A stretch of 61,744 bases of DNA, filler included. It is 11 parts of 11 records of this genome, joined end to end, with 100 filler letters (N's around TTAATTAATTAA, not from the genome) between each part and the next. Parts side by side here need not be neighbours in the genome. Positions count along the whole stretch, not along the records: positions 44,853 to 50,790 come from SRR7504441_7478; positions 50,891 to 54,422 come from SRR7504441_7479; positions 54,523 to 58,256 come from SRR7504441_7480; 8 more parts are not named here. One strand, written 5' to 3'. Positions 46,776 through 58,256 of this stretch are shown piece by piece; the stretch's first letter is position 1; each line of letters opens with the position of its first letter. Both the position numbers and the translations under genes were made by a program. The notes under the pieces were generated by a model. It saw only the letters and a program-made list of their open reading frames with translations. It was not told where the DNA came from and did no database searches.

Positions 46776-47766
46776 TCAGTCAAGCTCCCACACGTCCACA
46801 CTCGCGCCAGCTGCCGGCGCCAGCTCGCGAGGCTCCGGCCCAAAATAGACCGGGGCATCAGTGGGCGGGCCGCAGTCATAGTCTAAGCTCCAGACTTGAT
46901 CAAACCGCTCCATTGCCTCCTCCAGCAGCTGACTGATCTCCCTATGCTCCGCCCCCGGGATCATTAGCTCCGACAGCCGCCCGATCTGTGCCCGGTCCGC
47001 AAACTCGCAGTGGTCCAGCATCAGCTCGACCAGCACCGCCCGGCCCAGCCCCACCGCCAGCTCGATCGGGCTTAGCTGCTCAGCCCCGCCCGCCCCGCCC
47101 AGGCCCGGACCGGCTTGCATCGGCTCCGCCCTCGCCCTGCGCCCAATCGGCCCACTGGCAGCCGCGGCCGCACCGCAGCAGCAGTCGGCAGGTCTCCGCA
47201 CAGCCGGCCTGGGCGGCAACAGTCAGCGCCGGGGTTGAGAACAGCACGGCCGCGTGTAGATGCTCTAAGGTCCTGCCGGCCAAGTCACTCAGCAGCCGCG
47301 GCGGCAGCTACAGCTGTGGCTCGGGCTCGGAGAGCGCTGCGGGTGGCGGGCAGCAGCCGGGCGCCAGGGCCATGAAGTGCACCGGTGGGAGGCACGAATC
47401 GGCCCCGGCTCGGATGGCCGCGGCGGCCTCGTGCGGCAGGCCGGCCGAGCAGGCCCGGTGGAGTCTCACTTGGACAGCAACCTGCGCCGCCAGCAACGGA
47501 CACCCTGGGAGCGGCTCGGGCAGCCGGGCGGCGGCCGCCTGGTGCTGTATGGCTGCCACCCGGCTTGGGCCGAGCAGCAGGCCGGCCGAGGCCCATCGAG
47601 CCATTGCCCGGGCTGGGAGGGCGCCGGCGACGTGCAGCAGCAGATCGCGGGGCAGCCCGGCCAGCCCGTGGGCGGGCGGCTCGGGCGGCAGCACCAGCCG
47701 GGCCGACACCCGCCCCCCGACCCCGACGCAGATCAGACAGTGCACCGCCGGGTCTCCCGACCGCAT
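46776..47766 (-). CDS. Putative F-box plus ankyrin-like repeat protein
   Basis: F-box-like LAGLPRDLLLHVAGALP, and ankyrin-like LHRACSAG..AIRAGAD, PALTVAAQAGCAETCRLLL and SPIELAVGLGRAVLVELML. Needs about two short introns, one ending at the TAG at 47308-47310. Confidence 0.55.
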
Positions 47767-47940
47767 CGCGGAAAACGGAACCGGGTTTTGACACTTCTGA
47801 AGATGCATCACAGAGGTGTGGCACACAGAAATCGCAAGGTGATTGTAACCCCCAACTACATCCACCGCCTGCCATTGTACTGATGCCAAGTTTATAGTAC
47901 ATGTAAACTAACTTACGAGTCCTGATAGAGTTATAGCTAA

Positions 47941-50790
47941 CTAACCAAGCATGAGCGTGTAGCGGAACCGCAGGTTGGCATCCTTGCATGCACGCGGGCT
48001 TGAGCAATATCGAGCGTCTGCATACGGGTACCACAAAGGGTAATTGGTGTTCCATAGATTATTGTGGATCTGGCTTGCCATGCCGAAAACTGACCCCTTG
48101 GCCAACGGCTTGAGTCCTTGCACCTCCTCACCCGGAGGAAAGGCTGGTCCATACCCAGCCGGCAGGGCGTTCCCCTCCGGGAATTCTGCTGTCATTGGGC
48201 CCACAATGGGCGCATCCAGCGGGATCATGCGGAAAGGCCCATGGATGGTCTGCGCCTGCACCCCTCCCCAGACTGCGTGGTTCCACTGTGCACCGCCGTC
48301 CATTACATCCTCGGGTGAGACTGAGCTATTGAGCTTCATTAAGGTCCAACCTCCAGCGGCCAGCGCGGGTGCAGCAGAGAAGAGCATCTGTGAGGATTCG
48401 CCGATCATTGTAGGGCGCTTACCGATCCAAATGAACTCGATATGCACGCTGAGCCCAGCCTCGTCGCCGCGTGAGAAAGTCAGATTGAGATATACCTCCA
48501 ATGGGCTGCCATAGTTGGTGGCAGGCTCTGGCATAACCATTGATACCACCACAGTGGAAGTGTGCACATCCGCATGCACCGCTGTGACCGTTGGAGCGAA
48601 CGACTCACTCACAGAGTAGTTGTTGCTGCCAGGTTTGCACAAATTCTCAGCACCGCTCGATTCATAATCGCACAGGTGCCGCCCAATGGTGAACTGCTCT
48701 GTAAATGCACCCCAATCAGAGCCGTTGTAGACCCGATACACATACTGTGCCAATGGAGTGGACCGAGACCCCCAATCCACCCCTGTGGCTTCATCGATCA
48801 AGGTCACAACTCCACCTGAGGGTGCGATCACAAGCGTGGCACCACACTCGAGGTGGAGCATCGTGCCACTGGGGACTACAACCATCTGAGAAGTGTCTGG
48901 TGGTGCCACCTCAGTCATTGCATCCACGGCGCTTCTGACGGGACCAGCTAGGCGGTGTGATCCATGCTCGAGTGCGGCAATCGCTAGCTCGTTGAAGAAA
49001 CGCTGCTCCGCATACGAGGCAGCCGCGTGGTGCATCGGTGGCGTGAGAAGCACCTCCTCGGTCAAGTCGTCGTAACGATCCCACCAGTATGGCGCAAATG
49101 CAGCTTCCTTACCCCAGCCTAGGCTGGGATTACCTTGACCGGGCGTAAAGTGGCGGCCTGGCATCCCCCAGGTATGCTCCGGAGCTTTCATCAGGAATCG
49201 CGTCATATTGCGTATCACTAGATGGTCAATGGCACACTCGGCGATCCCAGCCTCAAGGCATGCGATCCATTGGCGTTGTATCTCTCGGTGCTGCATCATT
49301 TTGAGTGGGTCGGAGGCAGCACCATACACCTGCAAGAGAACCAATCAATCATGTTACTTGTGAAGGGCGTGCACCCAATTATCCCCCGCCTCTGCTGTCA
49401 CGAGCGGGAGCTGGGCTTTCACAGGGGCTATGTCTGCAATGAAGCGGTCGAATGACGAGGCGAAAACAGTGGCGCCCGGATACTCATCTCTTACAGCCTT
49501 GAGTGCACCTGCAACCTCGGCTGCAGATTGGGGTGGCCCTTGGTTGTCCACTCGAAATTCAGTACAAAGTGCCACGCCATTGGGAGCCTCGGCGCAGTCT
49601 CCGCACCTAGAGTTGGGATCATTACACTCGCTTTTCGAATAGCCTCCATATCCAAAGGGATGATACACAACAATCAGATCCTCTCCCGTCTCCTCATCCA
49701 GCCAACGGTGCAATTTGGGAGCTTGCGGCCAGTAGTTGCCCCCGTTGCTGCCAACTGTGACGGCTTCAACCCCGTGCTTCTTGAAAATCGGGATTGCCGC
49801 CCGACTGATGTAGACCACGTCGCGGATGTTGACAGTAGTTGTGCGGTTGCCCTCATGGAATTGTTCATCAAATTGGCGGGAGAGATCTAGAGAGGCCTCA
49901 AGCAACTGCGGCGACATATTCTCAACCTGAAGATTAAACGGTGCCGCGTGCCAAACGATGTCGCCCCTAACAATGCTGTCAGTGAAATTCGCAAGCTCCT
50001 GTTCGGTGGGGCACACGAGCGGTACGCCGTATGAATTGTTCAGTGTGAGTGCAGGGCAGTGTGTGCTGTTGGTTGCGGTGCACGGGCAATCTAGGAAGAA
50101 ACTCATCAGCCACGGGTGCGTTGTGTAGACCAGCCTGTCGCCGCTGCCATCTAGGTCAGCTGCCACTTTGCGAACCAGCGGATAGTAATCATGGAAGTAC
50201 TGGTTACTGATCAGCTGAAGGTCTTCCGTGTAACCTACGTCCAGGTGGTTCATGAATACCATATGCACAGTGTGGATCGGGTTGTCTAACGAGGGCAGCG
50301 CCTGATTGGCCCGTTTCCTCCAGCCTAACAGCCCTCCAGTGTCCACTCTGCTCCAGCCGGCATCCAGCGTACCATTGACTGCCTCATTGATTGCCTCCTG
50401 CTGAGGGCCGCTCCAGTGAAGCGTCAGGCTGAGCTGCCGGCCGGCGAGCTGCCCTGCTCCCCAGCTCCAGCGATCGGCGGGTGAGGAGTACCGCGCATCC
50501 CACAGGACCCGGACCGCGCCTGTGCTTCCGTCGTGAGACACGATGTAGACCTCCTTGCCCGCCCCTCCAAGGGGGCTCCACAGGCCGCTCATCGGTCCAG
50601 TACTCCGCTGCCAGCTCTCCATACCCGCAGGAGTCTGCACATCCACCCGCGCACCGTCCCCGAACACACTCCCGCGGAGCGCTCCCTCTCGGCCTAGGTA
50701 GGTACACTGTAGGCTCTGTGGGCGGACCCCGCGCGAGCTCAGTTGGCACACCGCCTGGTGCCAGTGCCGGCAGCCGGTCGCATTGGCGGT
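47941..50790 (-). CDS. DUF5054-family, GH38-like putative glycoside hydrolase (5' partial)
   Basis: VHMVFMNHLDVGYT, IVWHAAPF, DNQGPP, GDNW|VYGAASDP (45-nt intron), PEHTWG and NNLWNTNYPLWYP. Confidence 0.8.
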
Positions 50791-51011
50791 NNNNNNNNNN
50801 NNNNNNNNNNNNNNNNNNNNNNNNNNNNNNNNNNTTAATTAATTAANNNNNNNNNNNNNNNNNNNNNNNNNNNNNNNNNNNNNNNNNNNNCGACTTCGAT
50901 ACTTACCTATAGCATTGGTGGCGTTTGATTTTGTGACTCATCAGCTCGGCGGCTCCGACGGCGAAACGTGCTAGCCGTGCGCAGCCGGCCGGCACAGCTC
51001 AGCTGCGCGCC

Positions 51012-52406
51012 ATGGGGAGCTGCACGACCCACTGGGTGGCGTTGCTGTCGATGCTCACGCTGTCCGGGTGCAGCCCTGTGCGGTACGAGACCCGATACCA
51101 CGAGCAACCGCTCGACCACTTTGGTTTCTCGGCCAGCGCGCCGGTGCTCCGCCAGCGGTACTTGATCAACTCGGAGCACTGGGATCGGCACCGGGGCCCG
51201 ATCCTGTTCTACGCCGGCAATGAGGCCGACATAGAGCAGTTTGCCAACAACACCGGCTGGATATGGGAGCAAGCCCCCAAGCTGCGGGCGCTAGTCGTCT
51301 TCTCCGAGGAGCGGTACTACGGCCAGAGCCTGCCGAGAGGCCCCGGCTACCGGCATCTCTCCAGCCAGCAGGTGCTGGCAGACCACGTCGGGCTGCTCGC
51401 GGCACTCAGATCAGAGCTGGGCGCCTGGGACTGCGTGGCGGTGGCGGTGGGTGGCTCGTACGGTGGGATGCTGGCGGCCTGGCTCCGATATCAATTTCCG
51501 CACCAATTCGACGGCGCGCTGGCCGCATCGGCGCCGCTAGCCGGGTTCACCCAGACGGGCGTCTACGACGTGATGAGCGCCGCGCTCCCGTGTGCGCGGG
51601 GGCTCCGGGCGGCCTTCCGAGAGGTGTGGTCAATGAGGGGGAGCCAGGCCTTGCGGAGTCGGGTAGAGCACGCCCTTGGGTTTTGTGACGGCACGCTGCA
51701 CTCGGAACAGCGGATGGAGGTGGCGGTCGGGGTCCTGCAACAGCAGGTGTTCGTCCTGGCTGAGCTTGATTACCCGACCGCTTCCCGTTTCATAGGCTCG
51801 CTCCCAGCCCATCCGGCTGAGGTCGCGTGTGAGCGTTTTGACGCCCGTGTAAATGCCACCGGCGACCTGCTCGAAGCGCTCTCGGCTGCAGTTAGCGTTG
51901 TCACGGGCAATCACAGCAGCTGCCTGCCTCTGAGGGAACAGTCGTTCATGGAGACACTGCCTGGCTTCATCCCAGGGGCTTGGACATTCCAACGATGCTC
52001 ACAGCTTATCATTCCATACGCTGCCGGTCCGGACAGCACCGCATTCATGCCGTGCAGCGAGTTTGGGCCCAACTGCTGGGACCTTCGAGCGTTCTCGGAT
52101 TGGTGTCTTAAGAACTATAATGTCACCCCGGCCGACGAAGCCGGGTACTTTGGTGGCGCCAATCTGACTGGCGCAACCAACATTATTCTGTCCAACGGAA
52201 ACCTGGACCCGTGGAGCGCTGGTGGGTTGTACACCACTAGCCCTTCGAGCTCGATCAGTGTGATCAATATCAGCGGCGGGGCTCATCATGTGGATCTGCG
52301 CTTTTCCGATCCGAGGGACCCACCGAGTGTGACTGAGGCGAGGGCGCGGGAGGCTAGCATTGTTGGGGGGTGGGTCCGGGCCGGTCGTAAGAAACTGGGG
52401 CTTTAA
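51012..52406 (+). CDS. PRCP: Lysosomal Pro-X carboxypeptidase / DPP-II (peptidase S28)
   Basis: Signal peptide, QPLDHF, PILFYAGNE, ERYYGQS, GGSYGGMLAAW, SNGNLDPW and AHHVDL. Confidence 0.92.
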   Translation: MGSCTTHWVALLSMLTLSGCSPVRYETRYHEQPLDHFGFSASAPVLRQRYLINSEHWDRHRGPILFYAGNEADIEQFANNTGWIWEQAPKLRALVVFSEERYYGQSLPRGPGYRHLSSQQVLADHVGLLAALRSELGAWDCVAVAVGGSYGGMLAAWLRYQFPHQFDGALAASAPLAGFTQTGVYDVMSAALPCARGLRAAFREVWSMRGSQALRSRVEHALGFCDGTLHSEQRMEVAVGVLQQQVFVLAELDYPTASRFIGSLPAHPAEVACERFDARVNATGDLLEALSAAVSVVTGNHSSCLPLREQSFMETLPGFIPGAWTFQRCSQLIIPYAAGPDSTAFMPCSEFGPNCWDLRAFSDWCLKNYNVTPADEAGYFGGANLTGATNIILSNGNLDPWSAGGLYTTSPSSSISVINISGGAHHVDLRFSDPRDPPSVTEARAREASIVGGWVRAGRKKLGL

Positions 52407-52583
52407 TATGGCAGATTCATAGATGGACAGGAATCCAAAGTGTCCGAGTATTGTACGTACTCATTGTATTGTAGACTTATTGTATATAGATACTGTGTAG
52501 ATAGTATACTCGTACTCGTACGTACTCGTACGCATGCGCAGTACTCGTAAACTCGAAGGTGACAAAGCGCGTTGCCGGTTGCA

Positions 52584-53171
52584 TCAGCCGGGCGTGGATG
52601 GCACGAGGCCGATGTAGGTGGCTAGTACCCCGTGGGCCGCCCCCAACAGCGCCACCGTCACAGGGGTCTGATAGTAGGTGTAGCTGACCGCGTACACGGC
52701 GTGAAGCCAAAGCCCCAGCGGCACGGTCATCCGGACCAGCAACATATTAGGGTAATGAACCAGCGCGTACGCGGCCGTGGATAGTACTACCGCGACCGCC
52801 GCCGGGACCCCGGCCTGGAGCAGGCTGAGTTGGAAGAAGGAGCAGTACAGGAGCTGCTGTAGCGTGCCCCACACCACGTACGCCAGCAGCCGGACAGAGC
52901 GCAGATTGTGCCAGCTCGGCCGCATCCCCCCGAGCCCGAGCCCAAGCCCCAGCATCGCCAGCCCCAGCGGCCCGGCCAGTGCGGCGAGCACGGCTGGGCT
53001 GGTGCCGTCCCAACTCAGCGGGTTATGCTCCCGTCGAGCCAGCGCGTGACGAATGAGCCAAAGCACTGCGACCACCAGCACCAGATCGGCCCGAGCCGAA
53101 CGGATCGAGCGGCTGCAGAAGTACAGCTGCACCGACACCACCACCGCGGTGCTCAGAGCCACCTCCTCCAT
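52584..53171 (-). CDS. CPBP/Abi (CAAX protease-like) membrane protein
   Basis: Hydrophobic 195-aa ORF with WGTLQQ (at the usual EE position), YALVHYPN and AHGVL motifs. Intronless. Confidence 0.7.
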   Translation of the reverse strand: MEEVALSTAVVVSVQLYFCSRSIRSARADLVLVVAVLWLIRHALARREHNPLSWDGTSPAVLAALAGPLGLAMLGLGLGLGGMRPSWHNLRSVRLLAYVVWGTLQQLLYCSFFQLSLLQAGVPAAVAVVLSTAAYALVHYPNMLLVRMTVPLGLWLHAVYAVSYTYYQTPVTVALLGAAHGVLATYIGLVPSTPG

Positions 53172-53245
53172 CTACGGTATAGATCTACACGAGCCCTCTC
53201 GGCGGGCACTCGGAAGAAAAACGCCAGCAGCCGTTGCGCAACAAA

Positions 53246-54208
53246 ATGTCTGCACCAGGCCTCGGGGAAGGTAACAGGGCGGCCGCCAGGCCGCGGGGCG
53301 AGCCGGGGGACAGAGATCGACCGGCTCCGCTCGCTCGGGCGGCACAGCGAGGCCGAGATGCTCTCCGGGGTGCTCGAAGAAGTCAGACGGGCCGACCAGC
53401 CCGGCGAGTTTGTCCCCAAGAGCCGGGCTGGCCCGCCCGACACGTCCTACGATCGGATCCTGGCGCTGCAGGACCAGATCACAAAGGTCCAGTTCGAGGC
53501 AGGGCCCCCGCCCGGGAGCACTGGGCCGCCGGCCGCCTTGCTGGAGGAGGTGCACGGCAAGCCGCACCCCGGGAGTGTGGACGAGGCCGCCCGCCGAGTC
53601 TACGAGATGGCCATGGCGGCGGTGGACCAAGAGGAAGCGAACCCGTCCACTCAGGCGGCGAGGCGGGCCCAGAAGGCCGAACGGCTCAAAGGCATCAATG
53701 ACGAGGTGGATGCGGCGCGAGGGGCCAGTCCGTCGCGCGGCCGGCCGTGAGTTCCCGGTGCCGACGCTGGGCTCACCCGCGGGCAGTGCCGGCGTGGACC
53801 AGATGCTGGCGAACAAATACTCGCGTGACTACATACCCAGCAAGAGGTGCGTGCCCGGCCCGGCCCGGCTGACCGGTCAGTAGCTCAAGTTCCGTGGTGC
53901 TGGCGTCGGCTTTTGTCAAGAAGCTCGGGTACAAGGATAGCCTCTCTGTGGACGAGGCGCGCCGGATGGAGCACGCGCAGAAGATCCACCAGCTAAAGAC
54001 ACTCCTGGCCGCCACGCAGGGCCCCGGTGAGAATGCGATGGTCGGGTCGAGCATATCTCACGTCCTCCCTGTGGCTGAGAGCTGCCCGGCAATGTACCAT
54101 CCCACGTCGGCGGTGCGGATTGGAGAACTCAAGCGTAACATGCACGAGATCGGGCTCGGCTCGTCCAGGATGTGCTGGTCGGATCTGGACATCCGGAACG
54201 CACAGTGA
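53246..54208 (+). CDS. Hypothetical protein
   Basis: MSAPGLGE|GTEIDRLRSLGRHSEAEML; ORFs 52908, 53410 and 53894 can be linked by short introns. Divergent from the CPBP gene. Confidence 0.6.
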
Positions 54209-54832
54209 GTGCCTGGCTTGGCTTGGGCCGCTAAGGGGTGGGCCAGCCCTCGGCACGATGTGCGCGCGAGCAGCTTAGACGTGACTCAGCTATCAGCGGC
54301 CACCCTCAGTCATGGGTACCGCGCAAGGTAGATGGCCCGAGCCTGCGATCACAACAATCACACATCTCGAGCGCTACATCGTCCATTGTGGTGTTAGTTA
54401 GTTAGTTAGTTACCGAGCATTTNNNNNNNNNNNNNNNNNNNNNNNNNNNNNNNNNNNNNNNNNNNNTTAATTAATTAANNNNNNNNNNNNNNNNNNNNNN
54501 NNNNNNNNNNNNNNNNNNNNNNGCCAGCGGCTCGGCCTGCGCGTCGGCCCCGGCCCGGAGCAAGGCCCCGGTCGGCCGCACGCGCCAGAGCGCGAGGACT
54601 GCGAACCGGTGGCCAGAACCGGCCCGCCAGACCCGCTCCAGCGCCGGCCCGGCCCGGTCGCCCACCACCGCCGCCCCCCTCGTCCTCGCCTGACAGGCCT
54701 TGACACAGGGATGCCCGAGAGCGCCCCGAAATCGAAAATCCACGGAAATAAAATTGGACGAGTCTTCAAATTGGCAAAGTCTCGCTCGCCGCGGAACCTC
54801 TGACCCTATCGCCGCCACGCAGCCCTCCGAGT

Positions 54833-57713
54833 ATGGCTGCTGACGGTGGGGCCGACGGCTGGCAAACCGTGCCGACCAAATCAAAGAAGCAACAGGACGA
54901 CAACAGGAACCGACCCCGCCGCCGCTCCAAGCCGAACGCCGGTGACGACGGACCGCGGAAGGGCCGAGGCAAGGGCGCCGACAAGCCGAACGGGAGGACG
55001 GGCCCGCCCGCCAGCACGGTGCCTTGCCGGAACTGGGCGCAAGACGGCAAGTGCCCCCACGGCGCCAAGTGCCGTTTCGATCACGGTCCGAACGTCTTCC
55101 AGCCCACTGGCAACAACTGCGCCGCGGCCGGCCCCCAACGCCCTCGGCCGGAGGTGCCCAACGGCGTCGAGGCCGCGGCCGGCGAGGGCGCCAACCAGAG
55201 GCCGCCCGAGTCGGAGGGCAAAGGCGGCAAGAGCAAGCCGGCCGGGCCCAACGGCGCCAGCCTACCCGAACCGCGCAACGGCGGGGAGCCCGTCCGGGAG
55301 GCCCCGAACGGCAAGCCAGGGCCGCTCCGGAGAGACAACTCGGTGGGCCAGCCGGCTGGTGCCGGGAGTGAGGGGTTTGCCAGGTGGAGACCTGGACTTC
55401 CGAGGCGAGTGAGACGCTGCATGAATGCTCAGCCAGGTGACGCTCGGAGGATTGTCTGTTGAGCCGACTGTAACGCAGGTCTTCTCCTGATTGCACTGAC
55501 CTGCCCACGCCAACCACAACGCTCAGCGTCCTCGCTGAGGTGAGATACTTAAGCTCGATGATCAGAGCGGTCATGCCAGTCTAATGCCCTGAGATCGTGC
55601 ATCAGCTGAGCTTGATTGCTGCAGGAGGGACTCCTCAAGAACCAGGCGGACTCCGATCATCCTAGCGCATACGAGGTGCGGCCTGCCACTCCCATTTAGG
55701 CCATTGCGGCCACAGGTCGCATCGCCCACAATCGGGCTGAACGGCGCGCTTCCCCCGTGGCTTGGCCCGGCTTCGCCCGTTGTAACTGTCGCACCCCCTA
55801 ACCAGCTCTGTTATCCCTTTAGCGGCCCACACCGGCTGGTCTTTGCCGGCCCTCGAATGCCTTCCGACCTGCTGGGGTCAGGCGCCTGCTAAGAAAGTGC
55901 GGGAGCCAGCAGCCCCACCTGCGGTTGTGGAGCCACCTGCACCGGCACCTGCGCCTGTGGTGCGACCTGCCCAGCTTGGGCGCGCACCTGACGGCGTTGC
56001 GTGCTGCAGGCGGCACCTGACATCGCAGTCCCACTACCCCGGCCAGCTGGCGAGCAGCCGCCGCGACCAGCGCCGCAGCCAGCCAGCCATCAGACCCGCC
56101 CGCCAGCCAAAACAGAGCCTTCAGGGATCCCAGCCCCGGGGATTCCCAAGCCAGCAGTGTGGCCGGCACGTCAGGCCGCCCAGGTGACGCGCTGCCGGCG
56201 CTGGCCGATGCGCTGACAGCGGACAGGCGCCGGCAGATCCTCTTGAAGTGACAGCCAGGTCGGGCAAAAGACTTAAACTGCAGAATAAGTGGGTGGCCTG
56301 GGAACACCGCAGCACCGGCGGCAGCGCGCTCGACTCGGCTTACCACCACGCGGTCGGGTACGTGTCTGAATTCGACACGATTGCCGGGCTGTGGCAGCTG
56401 CTCAATCACCTGCCGCCACCATCAAAGTTCTTTGGGACCCCAAAGCGCGGCCGGCGCAAGGTTGGCGGACGGATGGTTGAAGGGTGGTCGATCTTCCGCG
56501 AAGGAATCCGGCCTGAATGGGAGTGTAAGAGCGGGGCCAATATCACTGGCGCCGAGTTCCAAGTCGGGTGCGACGAGCTGAGCAGCTGTGACCAGCTGTG
56601 GGAAGTAATGCTGCTGGCCGTGGTTGGTGGGACTGTTCCAACAGCCAGCGAGATCACTGGCGTGAGGGTGGTGGACAAATGTAAAAAGGGCGCCAAGCAG
56701 GTATACCGGCTGGAGCTCTGGTTCACTGCCAAAGCTGACATGAATGCGATCAAAGCTGAGTTGAAGGAGCTGGGTATGGGCGGCAACATCAAGCACAAGA
56801 GGCACTCGAACCAGGCTCCTGTTCAGCAGATGGCGGCCCAAGCAGCCCAGCAACCGAGCGAACCCAACAGCCAGGCCGGAGAAATGAACCTGAATTCAAC
56901 ATCAAGCTTCGGGCACATGCAGGGCGGCCAGGAGAAGGAGGCCAGGGCCATCTGCGCCAAGCTGACTCCGAGCAACTTCGAGCGGCTGGTCCCGCAGCTG
57001 CGCGGATTGTTAGCTGGAGGAGGACCGAGCACGCTCGACGCTGTGGTGGTATGTATTTACCAAGCGATGCGGCAGACCCCAGTGTTTCATGAGATGTACT
57101 CCAAGCTGACGGCAGCGATTCCGCAGCTGATCCCTGGCGTGATTGAAGGCATCATTTGCAACGTGGCAAAATTCCAGCTGGAGGTGGCTGATCATCGTCG
57201 GTGCTTTGACTGAGTTGAGAATGCAGGAGAACCGGCGCGAAGCCAAGACTGCGGCGAGTGGCGCAGCTGCACTGTACGCGGAGGGGCTGCTCAATGCTGC
57301 GGACATCACAGCTCTGGTCGATCAGGTGCTCATTTGATTGATTGTGCTGAGCCTGGTGTCAGTTTGGGCCTGGTGAGACACTCGATGGCCCAGAGCTCGA
57401 GGTCATGTGTCAGTTGCTCAGCCAGCTGCAGGTGCTTGGCTGCTGGTAATGGATCTGAGCCTTGGTTACAGACGCGCGAGGAAGCCAAGAAAGAGGGCAA
57501 GAGAGGAAGGGCGTCCAAATTCAGCTTGTCTGATCAACTGCAGGCGGGTCACTGCATTAGGGGAGCTCTGATTCGGTTGGATGACAGGGCGCTTACGACA
57601 AGCTCCGCAAGTGCCTGGCCGCCGGGCATCTGTCAAACCGGCTCCGGTTCATGGTGGAAGATTTACTCAAGGCGGCCGAGAAAACTGCCAAGTCCCGGGG
57701 GGGCCGCCGCTAA
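54833..57713 (+). CDS. CCCH zinc finger - Pro-rich linker - eIF4E - MIF4G fusion protein
   Basis: C-x8-C-x5-C-x3-H at 55025-55084. eIF4E motifs LQNKWVAW, FDTIAGLW, SIFREGIRPEWE, LWEVMLLAVVG, ITGVRVVDK and RLELW. The same exon continues into MIF4G-like ARAICAKLTPSNFERL and FHEMYSKL, and spliced exons give LEVMCQLL and LSNRLRFMVEDLL. Stop at 57711-57713. Confidence 0.85.
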
Positions 57714-58018
57714 TCATCTTCTGAACATGGATGTCATGCACGAGTAAGCAAATCTCTTATACTTTAATTATAAGTACTAGTGCTTTATGCACAAGGTATG
57801 TAGAATATTTTTATTCATTGTATACAAATACAGATTTTTTGATTTTGAAAGATCCGTGAATCGCTAATAATAATACCAACCGAGTATGGGCACTTGCAAG
57901 TATCACGCTGCATGATACATTGTTTACAAGCTTAGGTTGTGCGTGTGTAGTGCGCGTGTACAAACTGTGTATGCAGCGCTCGATTCACACTTAATAATGT
58001 CATCTGATGACAAGAGAG

Positions 58019-58256
58019 TCAGGTCATCGGAGCGGGGGTGGGCGGGATTGGAACTACGGGCTGGTGCAAGAACTGCTCGAGCAGCAGATCCAGCTGGTCG
58101 CCGCCCGCATTCACAACATCCATCGCGCAGACCTGCCGTGCAGGGAGGCCCTTGTTGTCCTCCTGCCCCCAGCTCGCTCCGGCTGGCTGTCTATACCGCA
58201 CCAAGTAGCTACTATCCGGGTGCCGGCCGTAATCGCGCCCAGCATTCAGCTCGACC
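58019..58256 (-). CDS. 3' end of an unidentified gene
   Basis: An open frame from the contig edge, with a probable 39-nt intron, ends ..LDLLLEQFLHQPVVPIPPTPAPMT*. It converges on the eIF4E gene across an AT-rich spacer. Confidence 0.35.

Noticed and set aside
47308-47310. In-frame TAG codons here and at 3815-3817 suggesting stop-codon reassignment
   Set aside because: Each is explained as the 3' AG of a short intron, and TAA, TAG and TGA all terminate well-supported genes in this window.
50899-50908. ATACTTACCT, identical to the U1 snRNA 5' end
   Set aside because: No U1 loop I or loop II motifs follow. It is better read as a minus-strand AG|GTAAGTAT donor of a gene starting near 50941, divergent from PRCP.
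58022-58062. Plus-strand VIGAGVGGIG resembling a Rossmann motif
   Set aside because: It has no start or continuing domain in that frame, and is probably the antisense of a Pro-rich C-terminus on the minus strand.
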